Assembly (NCBI GenBank): GCA_036381575.1
Contig: DASVCO010000183.1
Location: forward strand, 3,092 to 67,091
Length of the DNA: 64,000 bases
Direction of reading: 5' to 3'
Source: Bacillales bacterium
Lineage (GTDB): Bacteria; Bacillota; Bacilli; Bacillales; DASSOY01
Shown: piece after piece, positions 8,356 to 17,711 of the stretch
Layout: every line of letters starts with the position of its first letter
Numbering within the stretch: position 1 is the stretch's first letter
Notes under the pieces: model-generated
What the model was told of the DNA's origin: nothing
Seen by the model: the letters and a program-made list of their open reading frames with translations, nothing else
The model's database searches: none
Program-made: the position numbers and the translations under genes

Positions 8356-9652
8356 GGAAATTGAATCGATAGATCCATATAAACGTTATGGCAAAGTCAC
8401 TCGAGTCGTTGGACTAACTGTCGAATCAAAAGGGCCTTCAGCCTCTGTAGGTGATGTTTGTTATATACATATTGATCGATCCAATCGGAAGGTGAAGGCA
8501 GAAGTTGTCGGGTTTCGCGATGAGAAGGTGTTGCTGATGCCGTTTCACAGTGTTCAGGAAATTTCACCGGGGAGTTTCGTTGAGACTACGGGGAAACCAC
8601 TGGAAATCAAAGTGGGCCGCGGGTTGTTAGGTGAAATTCTTGATAGTGACGGCTGTCCTTTCAACGGTTCTGCCCTTCCGAAAGGGCTGACCCCTTTTTC
8701 CGCAGAGAATCCGCCTCCCAATCCGTTGGAACGTCCGCGAATTGAAGAGCCTATTGAACTCGGAGTTCGCGCATTAGATGGATTGCTTACGGTAGGAAAG
8801 GGTCAACGGGTCGGGATCTTTGCAGGAAGCGGTGTAGGGAAAAGTACTTTGCTTGGCATGATTGCCAGAAATTCCAGTGCCGATTTAAATGTTATTGCGT
8901 TGGTCGGAGAAAGGGGCCGGGAAGTTCGCGAGTTCATCGAACGTGATCTGGGCAAAGAAGGATTGAAACGATCAATCGTTGTCGTAGCTACGTCTGATCA
9001 ACCTGCATTAATGAGAATTAAGGGAGCGATGACGGCTACTGCTATCGCAGAATATTTTCGGGATCGCGGACTTGATGTCCTTTTAATGATGGATTCTGTC
9101 ACAAGGGTGGCAATGGCACAACGGGAAATTGGCCTAGCTGTCGGCGAACCGCCTACAACCAAAGGCTATACTCCATCCGTTTTCGCATTGTTACCGCAGT
9201 TATTGGAACGTTCCGGCACGAATCCAAGCGGCAGCATTACAGCTTTCTACACGGTTCTTGTTGATGGAGACGATTTTGACGAACCGATTGCCGATGCTGT
9301 GAGAGGAATACTGGACGGCCACTTCGTTCTTGATCGCAAATTGGCGAATAAAGGACAATTTCCGGCAATCGATCTTTTAAGAAGTGTCAGCAGGGTAATG
9401 AAGGATATTGTAGATCGGGAACATCAAGATGCGGCAGAACGTTTCCGTGAATTGCTTTCGACTTATACCGATTCTGAAGACCTGATTCATATTGGGGCAT
9501 ACAAACGGGGAACTTCTCCTGAGGTAGATGAAGCCATCGCCCATTATCCGGGCATTCAAAGGTTTTTGAAGCAAACCGTTGAAGAGCAGGTCAAGCAAGA
9601 GGAAACCATTCAAACACTGATTGACCAATTCGGGAAGGGGGGCAGGCGATGA
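8333..9652 (+). CDS. fliI: Flagellum-specific ATPase FliI
   Basis: 439 aa from ATG 8333 (SD GAGGAGG 6 nt upstream). Walker A GSGVGKST; F1/T3SS-ATPase family. Confidence 0.96.
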   Translation: MNVTDLAKEIESIDPYKRYGKVTRVVGLTVESKGPSASVGDVCYIHIDRSNRKVKAEVVGFRDEKVLLMPFHSVQEISPGSFVETTGKPLEIKVGRGLLGEILDSDGCPFNGSALPKGLTPFSAENPPPNPLERPRIEEPIELGVRALDGLLTVGKGQRVGIFAGSGVGKSTLLGMIARNSSADLNVIALVGERGREVREFIERDLGKEGLKRSIVVVATSDQPALMRIKGAMTATAIAEYFRDRGLDVLLMMDSVTRVAMAQREIGLAVGEPPTTKGYTPSVFALLPQLLERSGTNPSGSITAFYTVLVDGDDFDEPIADAVRGILDGHFVLDRKLANKGQFPAIDLLRSVSRVMKDIVDREHQDAAERFRELLSTYTDSEDLIHIGAYKRGTSPEVDEAIAHYPGIQRFLKQTVEEQVKQEETIQTLIDQFGKGGRR

Positions 9653-10086
9653 GCTTTCAGTTTACGTTGGAAAAGGTGCTGACTGTTAAAGAAAATGAGA
9701 AAAACCTGCTTGAGGTTGAATACCGTAATGCTTACCAGGATTTCGAAAAGATCGCCAAACTCCTTTATGAGTTCCTGAAACAGAAAGAAACTTTGGAACA
9801 ACGGCAGTCCAGCGGAATGAAAGAGGGCGCATCCATTGCAGAGGTGAAAAGGTTACAAACCAATATGGAATTGCTGCAACAACGGATTCATCAATATGAG
9901 GCTTTGTATCAGGATGCCCGGCGAAACGCAGAGGAGAAAAAAGAATGCCTGATGGAAAGTTCCATCGATGTTAAGCGTTATGAGAAATTGCGTGATCTCC
10001 AATACGACGAGTTTCTCAAAAGAAATAAGGCTGAAGAACGGTCTGAGCTCGATGAAATTTCAACTATCCGTCATTTGCAGCAGTAA
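9649..10086 (+). CDS. fliJ: Flagellar export chaperone/stalk protein FliJ
   Basis: 145-aa all-coiled-coil protein, ATGA-coupled to fliI, in the conserved position. Confidence 0.8.
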   Translation: MSFQFTLEKVLTVKENEKNLLEVEYRNAYQDFEKIAKLLYEFLKQKETLEQRQSSGMKEGASIAEVKRLQTNMELLQQRIHQYEALYQDARRNAEEKKECLMESSIDVKRYEKLRDLQYDEFLKRNKAEERSELDEISTIRHLQQ

Positions 10087-10101
10087 AGAGAGGTTTTCCG
10101 A

Positions 10102-10671
10102 ATGGTCAAGGAAAAAAGAACGGCCCGCGGAATCGGGCGGCCGCTAGTTATTATTTTTATCATATTGATAATAGCAGTTGCATCGTTTGGAGCCTATATT
10201 CAATGGGGCGGATCGGGCCTTCAGCAATGGGCCGGGAGCCTTCCCGTTGTATCTTCACTTGTTGGGGATAACGAAAGCGCGGGAACCGAACAGCAAACAG
10301 AGAAGGTCATAGAGTACAAAGCACGAGTAAAGGAGCAAAGAAAGAAAATCGCCAATCTTGAACAATCGGTTAATGGCAAGGAGCAACAAGTGGAGCGTTT
10401 GGAGGATCAGGTTACCGCATTACAACAAAGGTTAGCTCAACAGAATGGTGAAAAATCTACGGAGACCGTAGAGAAAAAGGGAAATGTAGCAAAGGTATAT
10501 GCTGAGATGCCTCCACAAAATGCAGCCGATATATTGAACCAATTGGAAAATAATGAGGCTATCCATATTCTTTCGCAACTGAAACCTGAAGTCGCAGCGC
10601 TTATTATGGCAAAGATGGATAAAGAAAAGGCAGCGAAATTGACTGTCTTATGGACGGGAAATAGTCAATAA
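10102..10671 (+). CDS. ylxF: YlxF-like flagellar operon protein (N-terminal TM helix, coiled coil, MgtE-N/MotE-like C-terminus)
   Basis: 189 aa. The hydrophobic segment LVIIFIILIIAVASFGAYI, a heptad-rich middle and the position between fliJ and fliK match B. subtilis. Confidence 0.7.
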   Translation: MVKEKRTARGIGRPLVIIFIILIIAVASFGAYIQWGGSGLQQWAGSLPVVSSLVGDNESAGTEQQTEKVIEYKARVKEQRKKIANLEQSVNGKEQQVERLEDQVTALQQRLAQQNGEKSTETVEKKGNVAKVYAEMPPQNAADILNQLENNEAIHILSQLKPEVAALIMAKMDKEKAAKLTVLWTGNSQ

Positions 10672-10708
10672 ATCAAAAAAACATCGTCTTGAAAGGAGGT
10701 GAAAAAAA

Positions 10709-12025
10709 TTGACGAATACGGCTATTCAACCGGCGATTGCGTTCTCCAAGACGGCTCGTTCGAATCCCAATGCTTCTGTACATTCAAAAACTTTGGGGAG
10801 TTCCCCGGATAAGGTGTCCCCGTTTGCGGGAACGTTGCAAAGTGTTTTGGCTGAAGAACCAAGCAACGGCAAGGGTGTTCCTCCTGATCAGGCCAAACTT
10901 TTGAAAAAACTTCTCACAGCTCTAAAACATCTGCTTCGAAGCACGGAAGCACCGAAATCAGGTGCCGCAGAATCTGATAAAACAGTACAGTGGCTGAAAG
11001 AAGCTATTACCGCATTGCGTAAACAAGAGTTAACGATCAATGAAGAAGATCCTAATCTAGCAATCTTTCTCCAGGTCGCACATCAATTGCAACATTTGCT
11101 TAGTTCCTCGGCGGATGGAGAAGAAGGCCCGGGCGCCCGGAAGTTGAAAATGAGTAAATTAACAGAACAACTTGCGGTCATCATCAACCGTTTGCTTGGG
11201 CAAGAGAAGGCTTCTAAAGGGAAGTCCCGGGTATTCCCGGAAACACAATCCGGGCGAATTCAATCCAATCAGGCACAGTCGGGATTTTCCATTAGTGTTC
11301 ATGACAAAGCGGGAGAGCTTCGACAAAGTGAATATGTAAAACGTGGGTCACCTCAAAGAGTCCAGCAACAAGCGCAGATTCATCCAGGCCCGAAATCGGG
11401 GCAGTTTCCGACTTTACCAACCGACTCGAAGGAAGTGGCCGCTTCGGTATTTCGACGATCTGCAGTGCCAATGGAGAAAAACGGGGTTATGGGCCAGACG
11501 GGAGGCTTTGACGCAGGCCCCGTGCACCGCATCCAGCAATTTGTATTGCACGTTCGACAGAATAGCGGTACTGCGGGCCAGCAGCAGTTTATACGGGAAT
11601 TCCAGCAAATTCTGGAACAGAGTAAGTTCACGATGATCCGCGGCAAACAACAGTTAATCCTAAAGTTACATCCGCAACATTTGGGGAAGCTGAACATTCA
11701 ACTTATTCATGAGAATGGCCAGTTGACCGCAAGGTTGGTTGCATCAACAACTGCTGCAAAGAATCTCGTTGAGGCTCATTTGCCGCAACTGCAAGGGGCT
11801 TTCACTAATCAAAATTTGAATGTGCAGAAACTGCAGGTGCTTCTACCATATGCGCAACCTGACACGCAACAAGGGTACGAGCAAGATGACGGCTACAATG
11901 AAAATCGTGATCATCAAGAGGAAGCCGACCCTCAAACTGAAGAGGATGGCGAAAATGCGGAAACAAATTTTGTCGAATGGCTTGAGCACTTACATCTCAG
12001 CGGTCTACCGGAGGTGAAAATATGA
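10709..12025 (+). CDS. fliK: Flagellar hook-length control protein FliK
   Basis: 438 aa with a TTG start after GGAGGTG. Q/S/P-rich ruler region and the conserved C-terminal domain LHPQHLGKLNIQLIHENGQLTARLVASTTAAKNLVEAHLPQL. Confidence 0.88.
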   Translation: MTNTAIQPAIAFSKTARSNPNASVHSKTLGSSPDKVSPFAGTLQSVLAEEPSNGKGVPPDQAKLLKKLLTALKHLLRSTEAPKSGAAESDKTVQWLKEAITALRKQELTINEEDPNLAIFLQVAHQLQHLLSSSADGEEGPGARKLKMSKLTEQLAVIINRLLGQEKASKGKSRVFPETQSGRIQSNQAQSGFSISVHDKAGELRQSEYVKRGSPQRVQQQAQIHPGPKSGQFPTLPTDSKEVAASVFRRSAVPMEKNGVMGQTGGFDAGPVHRIQQFVLHVRQNSGTAGQQQFIREFQQILEQSKFTMIRGKQQLILKLHPQHLGKLNIQLIHENGQLTARLVASTTAAKNLVEAHLPQLQGAFTNQNLNVQKLQVLLPYAQPDTQQGYEQDDGYNENRDHQEEADPQTEEDGENAETNFVEWLEHLHLSGLPEVKI

Positions 12026-12462
12026 TCGAACGTACAGGCAAATCGCTTTATTTGCAACAAGCGAACGCTGGAGGAACCGAACAGAAAATGCTGGGCAAGG
12101 ATGATTTTCTGAAGCTGCTGATTACCCAATTGAAACATCAAAGCCCGTTGCAGCCGATGAAAAACCGCGAATTCATTTCACAGATGGCCAAGTTTTCTAC
12201 GCTTGAGCAGATGACGAATCTGAATAATCGGTTGGATCAGTTTCTAAATCAGCAGAGTGAGAAACCCTGGCTGGCCAACGCTCAGTTGATAGGAAAAGAG
12301 GTCATCTGGCAAAAGGCTAACGGAGAAGAGGGTGAAGGAATCATTCATTCGGTAAGGATGAAAAACGGTCAGATTTGGTTTGAAACAGAAGATGGCACTT
12401 TAATCGGCAAGAATCAGATAACCGAAATAGGGCTTTCTTCTGAGGACAGGGAGGAGGCGTGA
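12022..12462 (+). CDS. flgD: Flagellar hook capping/assembly protein FlgD
   Basis: KDDFLKLLITQLKHQSPLQPM motif. ATGA overlap with fliK. Confidence 0.92.
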   Translation: MIERTGKSLYLQQANAGGTEQKMLGKDDFLKLLITQLKHQSPLQPMKNREFISQMAKFSTLEQMTNLNNRLDQFLNQQSEKPWLANAQLIGKEVIWQKANGEEGEGIIHSVRMKNGQIWFETEDGTLIGKNQITEIGLSSEDREEA

Positions 12463-12463
12463 A

Positions 12464-12844
12464 ATGCATCATTCGATTCAGCCTCATATTTTGCCGAAAG
12501 GCCATCCGCAACCTGCGGTGCAACGAAAAGAACCTGAGCATAAAAGAAGTTTCGGCCAGGTGCTGCAAAAGGAGCTGGGCCGTTCAGCAGATTTAAAAAT
12601 CAGCAAACATGCACAACAGCGTTTGCAGGAGAGAAATATTTCAATTGATGCGGGGCAATGGCAGTCGATTCAATCACGGGTTACAGAGGCTGGGAAAAAG
12701 GGCATTACGGACTCGTTGGTGGTAACGAAAAATGCGGCACTTGTTGTCAGTATGAAAAATAACACAGTTGTCACTGCGATGAATCGGAAAGAGGCCAGCA
12801 CCCATATTTTTACGAACATTAATGGAACGATTTTGATGGATTAG
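12464..12844 (+). CDS. Small 'flagellar operon protein' between flgD and flgE (TIGR02530-like; family assigned from memory)
   Basis: 126-aa ORF starting 1 nt after the flgD stop. A gene of this size and position occurs in many Firmicute flagellar operons. Function is unknown. Confidence 0.6.
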   Translation: MHHSIQPHILPKGHPQPAVQRKEPEHKRSFGQVLQKELGRSADLKISKHAQQRLQERNISIDAGQWQSIQSRVTEAGKKGITDSLVVTKNAALVVSMKNNTVVTAMNRKEASTHIFTNINGTILMD

Positions 12845-12903
12845 CGGCCGGACCAAAACGGAGGCCGAAGATTTGTGGACCGATAGAAGCAAATCATATG
12901 AAA

Positions 12904-12922
12904 GGAAACGGGTTTCGTTTCC
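12904..12922 (+). other. Perfect 7-bp hairpin in the spacer upstream of flgE
   Basis: GGAAACG (12904-12910) pairs with CGTTTCC (12916-12922); loop GGTTT. Confidence 0.35.
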
Positions 12923-12957
12923 AACATTACATTTATGAAATGAGAGGAGCAAGATAT

Positions 12958-14223
12958 ATGCTGCGTTCAATGTATGCGGGAATCAGCGGAATGAAAAACT
13001 TCCAGACCAAGCTTGATGTGATCGGAAACAATATTGCGAATGTGAATACTTACGGATACAAAAAAAGCCGGGTGACGTTTAAAGATCTTGTCAGCCAGGA
13101 AATTGCCGGGGCGACCAGTCCCTCCTTTGAAAGAGGCGGAACAAATCCGCAACAGGTTGGGTTGGGAGCGACAGTCGGTTCGATCGATACTGTCCAAACA
13201 CAGGGAAGCATGAACACGACCGGACGTCCTCTTGACCTCGCTATTTCAGGAGACGGCTTTTTCATAGTCAATGAGGGTGCACAAAATTATTATACACGGG
13301 CAGGCAATTTCTATATTGACCAAAACGGTATGCTGGTCAATTCGGAAGGAATGCGAGTTCTCGGATATGGCGTGGACAACAATGGCAGCATTGTTGAAAA
13401 CCAGTTGTCCATATTGCATATCGGTAACGAAATTATTCAACAACCTGAAACCGATTCGCTTACGGTAGTCGGGAATTTGGATGCTTCTCAGTTTATTAAT
13501 ACAACAGACGGCAATCCGACAGCCAACCCGACCCAATCATTGGACTTCAAAATTTTTGATGCAAACGGAATTGAACATCAGGCAACCATCACCTTTAATA
13601 ATCCCGGATCCTCAGCAGTTCCGAACAAAACGGACCAATATTACGTGAAAAGCCTTGATTTTTCAATAAGCGTTGCGGGTTCAGGAACGACTCAAAGTGG
13701 AAACATCACCTTTGGTTCTGATGGAACCATTAATAATTTCAGTTTGGGATCAGACCCGGTGACATTTACTTTCAATGGAAACCCTGTTGAAATCAACAAG
13801 GAAGCCATTGACTTCTCTGCATTGACGGCACATGATGCCACGGGAACCGCGGATGTGGTTGGTGATGTAGCCGAACTGTCGGGGTATCAGATTGGCAGTT
13901 CGGGAGAGATTTCCGCAGTTCTTTCAACGGGTGACGTGCAGCTGCTTGGGCAAATTGCGCTTGCCGATTTTAATAATCCGGGAGGCCTTGAGAAAGCAGG
14001 AGGGAACCTCTATTCAATGACCAACAATTCGGGCGTGGCAGAAATTGCTGTTCCGGGTGATGGTATTGGTTCTCTTCTTCCTGCAACCTTGGAGATGTCC
14101 AATGTGGATCTCGCTACTGCCTTCACTGAAATGATTGTTGCCGAACGAGGTTTCCAGGCGAATACGAGAATTATTACGACATCCGATCAAATCCTGCAGG
14201 AACTCGTTAATCTTAAACGATAA
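12958..14223 (+). CDS. flgE: Flagellar hook protein FlgE
   Basis: 421 aa from ATG 12958 (SD GAGGAG). N-terminus MLRSMYAGISGMKNFQTKLDVIGNNIANVNT and C-terminus ERGFQANTRIITTSDQILQELVNLKR. Confidence 0.95.
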   Translation: MLRSMYAGISGMKNFQTKLDVIGNNIANVNTYGYKKSRVTFKDLVSQEIAGATSPSFERGGTNPQQVGLGATVGSIDTVQTQGSMNTTGRPLDLAISGDGFFIVNEGAQNYYTRAGNFYIDQNGMLVNSEGMRVLGYGVDNNGSIVENQLSILHIGNEIIQQPETDSLTVVGNLDASQFINTTDGNPTANPTQSLDFKIFDANGIEHQATITFNNPGSSAVPNKTDQYYVKSLDFSISVAGSGTTQSGNITFGSDGTINNFSLGSDPVTFTFNGNPVEINKEAIDFSALTAHDATGTADVVGDVAELSGYQIGSSGEISAVLSTGDVQLLGQIALADFNNPGGLEKAGGNLYSMTNNSGVAEIAVPGDGIGSLLPATLEMSNVDLATAFTEMIVAERGFQANTRIITTSDQILQELVNLKR

Positions 14224-14231
14224 GGGGGCGA

Positions 14232-14255
14232 AGTGCGGGCCTCTGAGTCCGCACT
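14232..14255 (+). other. Hairpin immediately after flgE (no U-tract)
   Basis: AGTGCGG (14232-14238) pairs with CCGCACT (14249-14255) with a 10-nt loop, followed by CTTCTTAAT rather than a T-run. Confidence 0.4.
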
Positions 14256-14264
14256 CTTCTTAAT

Positions 14265-14486
14265 ATGATCCAGTTAACCCGTTTGAATGGACATCCATTT
14301 ACGCTGAACGCTTTCTTCATCGAACAGATTGAAACCTTTCCCGATACAACGATTACAATGACAAACGGGAAAAAACTGGTCGTGAAGGAAACAGAGGAAG
14401 AAGTACGGCAAACCGCCTTAAGTTTTTACCGGCAGATCGGTGCCGTTGGAACTGTCCAAACAGAAAAAATAACTGATACCGATTAG
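14265..14486 (+). CDS. flbD: Flagellar protein FlbD (SwrD family)
   Basis: 73 aa. [42 protein letters not shown] is the FlbD signature. Confidence 0.9.
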   Translation: MIQLTRLNGHPFTLNAFFIEQIETFPDTTITMTNGKKLVVKETEEEVRQTALSFYRQIGAVGTVQTEKITDTD

Positions 14487-14516
14487 ATTTGCAGCAAGGG
14501 GGAAGGGGGGAGTCCA

Positions 14517-15509
14517 TTGGCGGATGTCTTATCACAGAACGAAATTGATGCTTTATTATCAGCCATTTCCACAGGAGAAATGAATGCGGATGAACTCCGG
14601 GAACAAAGAGAAGAAAAAGTCAGAGTCTATGATTTCAAGCGGGCAATGCGGTTTTCCAAAGACCAGATTCGCAGCCTTACACGGATTCATGAAAATTTTG
14701 CAAGGTTGTTGACCACATATTTCTCAGCTCAATTAAGGACATATGTACAGGTTGGCGTCGCTTCTGTTGATCAGTTGCCTTATGATGAGTTCATTCGTTC
14801 TATTCCGAAGATGACCATTTTGGATAGCTTTGAAGCTCCTCCGCTTGAAGGTCGTCTGTTAATTGAAATTAATCCTCATATAGCTTATGCGATGATGGAT
14901 CGTATTCTGGGTGGGCAAGGGACCAGTGTCAACAAGGTTGAGAATTTGACTGAGATTGAAATGAAACTCATGAATCAAATTTTCACAGGTGCTCTTAATA
15001 CCTTTAAGGAAGCCTGGCAATCGGTTATTGAGTTAGGCATCGGCGAGCAAGAACTTGAAGTCAATCCGCAGTTCCTGCAAATGGTGTCTCCGAATGAAAC
15101 CGTGGTGGTGATTTCCTTAACAACGACAGTCGGAGAGACAAGTGGAATGATGAATATTTGTCTGCCCCATGTTGTATTGGAGCCGATCATTCAAAAGCTA
15201 TCCATCCACTACTGGATGCAGGATAAGAAACAGAAACGAAAGCCGGGCGAAGTGGAGGAACTTAAGGAGAAACTTCAAGGGGCGAAGATTCCTCTTAAGG
15301 CAGAACTGGGTCAGTCTGAAATATCGGTGCAGGAGTTTCTGCAGCTTGATTTGGGAGACGTCATCGAGTTAAATCAGGCGATCAATCATCCTCTGATTAT
15401 CCGCGCGGGTGAAGTGCCGAAGTTTACGGCCCAACCCGGAAAGAAAGGCAGGCGGGTAGCCGCCCAAATCATCGAGGCGATAAAGGAAGGGGAGGAAGAC
15501 GATGGGTAA
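14517..15509 (+). CDS. fliM: Flagellar motor switch protein FliM
   Basis: 330 aa with a TTG start after a G-rich SD. Contains the N-terminal LSQNEIDALL CheY-binding motif. Confidence 0.95.
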   Translation: MADVLSQNEIDALLSAISTGEMNADELREQREEKVRVYDFKRAMRFSKDQIRSLTRIHENFARLLTTYFSAQLRTYVQVGVASVDQLPYDEFIRSIPKMTILDSFEAPPLEGRLLIEINPHIAYAMMDRILGGQGTSVNKVENLTEIEMKLMNQIFTGALNTFKEAWQSVIELGIGEQELEVNPQFLQMVSPNETVVVISLTTTVGETSGMMNICLPHVVLEPIIQKLSIHYWMQDKKQKRKPGEVEELKEKLQGAKIPLKAELGQSEISVQEFLQLDLGDVIELNQAINHPLIIRAGEVPKFTAQPGKKGRRVAAQIIEAIKEGEEDDG

Positions 15510-16665
15510 TGATCAAATGTTGTCCCAGGAAGAAATTGACGCTTTGCTGAACAACCAAAATGATGAAAGCGGGAATGATGAGATCGACAGCTATTTGTCT
15601 ACCGTAGAAATGGATGCGATCGGGGAAATCGGGAATATTTCATTCGGAAGCGCGGCGACTGCTCTTTCTGAACTGTTGAATCAGAAGGTCGAGATAACAA
15701 CGCCGACTCTCTCCGTAGTAAAACGAAGCGGTTTGCAAGAAGAATTTCCCCATCCTCATGTAGCAATCTTTGTTAAATATACAGAAGGATTTAAAGGATC
15801 CAATGTTCTTGTTATAAGGACAAAGGACGCCAGTACGATTGCGGATTTAATGATGGGCGGAGATGGGACATCCCCAACAGATGAAATCGGTGAAATGGAA
15901 ATGAGTGCCGTCCAGGAGGCCATGAATCAGATGATGGGTTCGGCTTCAACATCGATGTCAACCGTCTTTAGTATGAAAATCGATATTTCGCCACCGCAAG
16001 TCGAAATGATGGATTTCACCGAGAATGATGAAGTTGATTCTCTTCCGGTCGATAACGAAATGATGTTGAAGGTTTCCTTCCACCTGAAGGTGGGGAATCT
16101 GATTGATTCCAACATTATGCATTTGCTGCCGATTGAGTTCGCCAAAGATATGGTCGCCCAACTCATGAGGTCGGAGACTGATAGCGCCTCCGACGAAAAT
16201 AATAAAGGCGGGAGTATGGATAGTTTGTCTGAAGAGAAAACGCCCAAACCCCAGGACCCGGAAACAAAAGCACAACCAAAGGCTGAATTGCAACAGTCGA
16301 AATCTTCCGAGGGACAATACCTTGGATCTTCTTCTGCCCGATCGCGTGATATTCAGTCGGCAGTCTTTTCGGATTTTGAAGAAACCGGCGAAATCCAAAA
16401 TGAAGCCAAGAATCTTAATATGTTATTTGACATTCCGCTACAGGTAACGGTTGAACTTGGGCGGACCCAACGGACCGTTAAAGATATTCTCCGGTTGTCG
16501 CCCGGTTCGGTTATTGAACTCGATAAACTGGCGGGAGAACCGGTGGATATATATGTGAACAACAAGATGATTGCCAAGGGAGAAGTTGTTGTAATTGATG
16601 AGAATTTTGGTGTGCGGGTAACGGAAATTGCCAGTCAAAAAGACCGCATTCAAAAACTACAGTAA
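15502..16665 (+). CDS. fliY: Flagellar motor switch phosphatase FliY (CheC-like plus FliN domain)
   Basis: 387 aa with N-terminal LSQEEIDALL, a CheC-like middle and the C-terminal FliN domain LQVTVELGRTQRTVKDILRLSPGSVIELDKLAGEPVDIYVN. Confidence 0.94.
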   Translation: MGNDQMLSQEEIDALLNNQNDESGNDEIDSYLSTVEMDAIGEIGNISFGSAATALSELLNQKVEITTPTLSVVKRSGLQEEFPHPHVAIFVKYTEGFKGSNVLVIRTKDASTIADLMMGGDGTSPTDEIGEMEMSAVQEAMNQMMGSASTSMSTVFSMKIDISPPQVEMMDFTENDEVDSLPVDNEMMLKVSFHLKVGNLIDSNIMHLLPIEFAKDMVAQLMRSETDSASDENNKGGSMDSLSEEKTPKPQDPETKAQPKAELQQSKSSEGQYLGSSSARSRDIQSAVFSDFEETGEIQNEAKNLNMLFDIPLQVTVELGRTQRTVKDILRLSPGSVIELDKLAGEPVDIYVNNKMIAKGEVVVIDENFGVRVTEIASQKDRIQKLQ

Positions 16666-16684
16666 TGGTAATGGAGGAGAAACA

Positions 16685-17047
16685 ATGGCGCAAAGAATTC
16701 TAATTGTTGACGATGCTGCATTCATGAGAATGATGATTAAGGACATTTTGACGAAAAACGGTTTTGAAATTGCCGGAGAAGCTGCTGATGGGAATGAAGC
16801 GGTCGAGCAATTTAAGGAAACCTCGCCTGATTTGGTTACATTGGATATTACGATGCCGGAAGTAGACGGTCTGACCGCATTGAAAGAAATCAAAAAACTG
16901 GACGCCAGTGCAAAGGTGATTATGTGTTCGGCAATGGGACAGCAGGCAATGGTCATTGATGCGATTCAAGCGGGAGCCAAAGATTTTATCGTCAAGCCGT
17001 TTCAGGCCGACAGGGTAATTGAAGCGATCCAGAAGGCGTTGGACTAG
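16685..17047 (+). CDS. cheY: Chemotaxis response regulator CheY
   Basis: 120 aa from ATG 16685 (SD GGAGGAG). ILIVDDAAFMR, DITMPEVDG and KDFIVKPF receiver motifs. Confidence 0.96.
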   Translation: MAQRILIVDDAAFMRMMIKDILTKNGFEIAGEAADGNEAVEQFKETSPDLVTLDITMPEVDGLTALKEIKKLDASAKVIMCSAMGQQAMVIDAIQAGAKDFIVKPFQADRVIEAIQKALD

Positions 17048-17051
17048 GAAA

Positions 17052-17711
17052 ATGCGCGTTATACGAAGCCAAGCGATTCTAATATTAGCGATGGCGTTCA
17101 TGGTGATTTTGCTTTCACCGGGTAATGCGAAGGCAGCCGAAGGCAGTGATGGGGGATCGGTGGCGGATTATTTTCAAAAAGATTCTCCGTCAGACAACAA
17201 AGACCAACAGAAGCCATCTCAAGAAGAAACCCCTTCGGTCACAACAACATCAGGTACTGTCTGGATGTTTGTAAAGGTTCTTTTGGTTCTCGCGGTTGTG
17301 ATTGCCTTAATCTATTTATTATTGCGTTTTGTTAATGCGAGAACGAAATCGTATTCCCAGGGGCGCACCGTTCAGAATGTCGGCGGGGTCAGTGTTGGTT
17401 CCAATCGATCAGTACAGCTTGTGAAAATAGGGGAAAGAGTACTCGTTGTGGGCGTCGGGGATTCGGTGTCATTGTTGAAAGAAATTGACGATGCCGTTGA
17501 AGTGACTGAGTTGCTGGATGAAAATAGTCATCAGGATGTTATTGATCATTCGATTTGGAAATTCCGCGATTGGTGGAAAAAGTCACAGGCATCCGAGGAT
17601 CACGGCGGCACAAATAATTTCAAGAGCATGCTGGAAAGCCGGTTAAAACAAATGATGCAGGAACGTAAAGAAGCAGCAAAACCATTACATAAGAAAGGCG
17701 CTGACAAATGA
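17052..17711 (+). CDS. fliO: Flagellar biosynthesis protein FliO (FliZ in B. subtilis nomenclature)
   Basis: 219 aa from ATG 17052. It has a signal-like N-terminus and a central TM helix, and lies between cheY and fliP. Confidence 0.8.
   Translation: MRVIRSQAILILAMAFMVILLSPGNAKAAEGSDGGSVADYFQKDSPSDNKDQQKPSQEETPSVTTTSGTVWMFVKVLLVLAVVIALIYLLLRFVNARTKSYSQGRTVQNVGGVSVGSNRSVQLVKIGERVLVVGVGDSVSLLKEIDDAVEVTELLDENSHQDVIDHSIWKFRDWWKKSQASEDHGGTNNFKSMLESRLKQMMQERKEAAKPLHKKGADK

Noticed and set aside
10525-10532. An exact sigD -10 consensus, GCCGATAT, inside ylxF. B. subtilis has a sigD promoter in this neighbourhood.
   Set aside because: There is no TAAA -35 element at 14-16 nt upstream. The octamer simply encodes AADIL in a conserved domain, so it is most likely coincidental.
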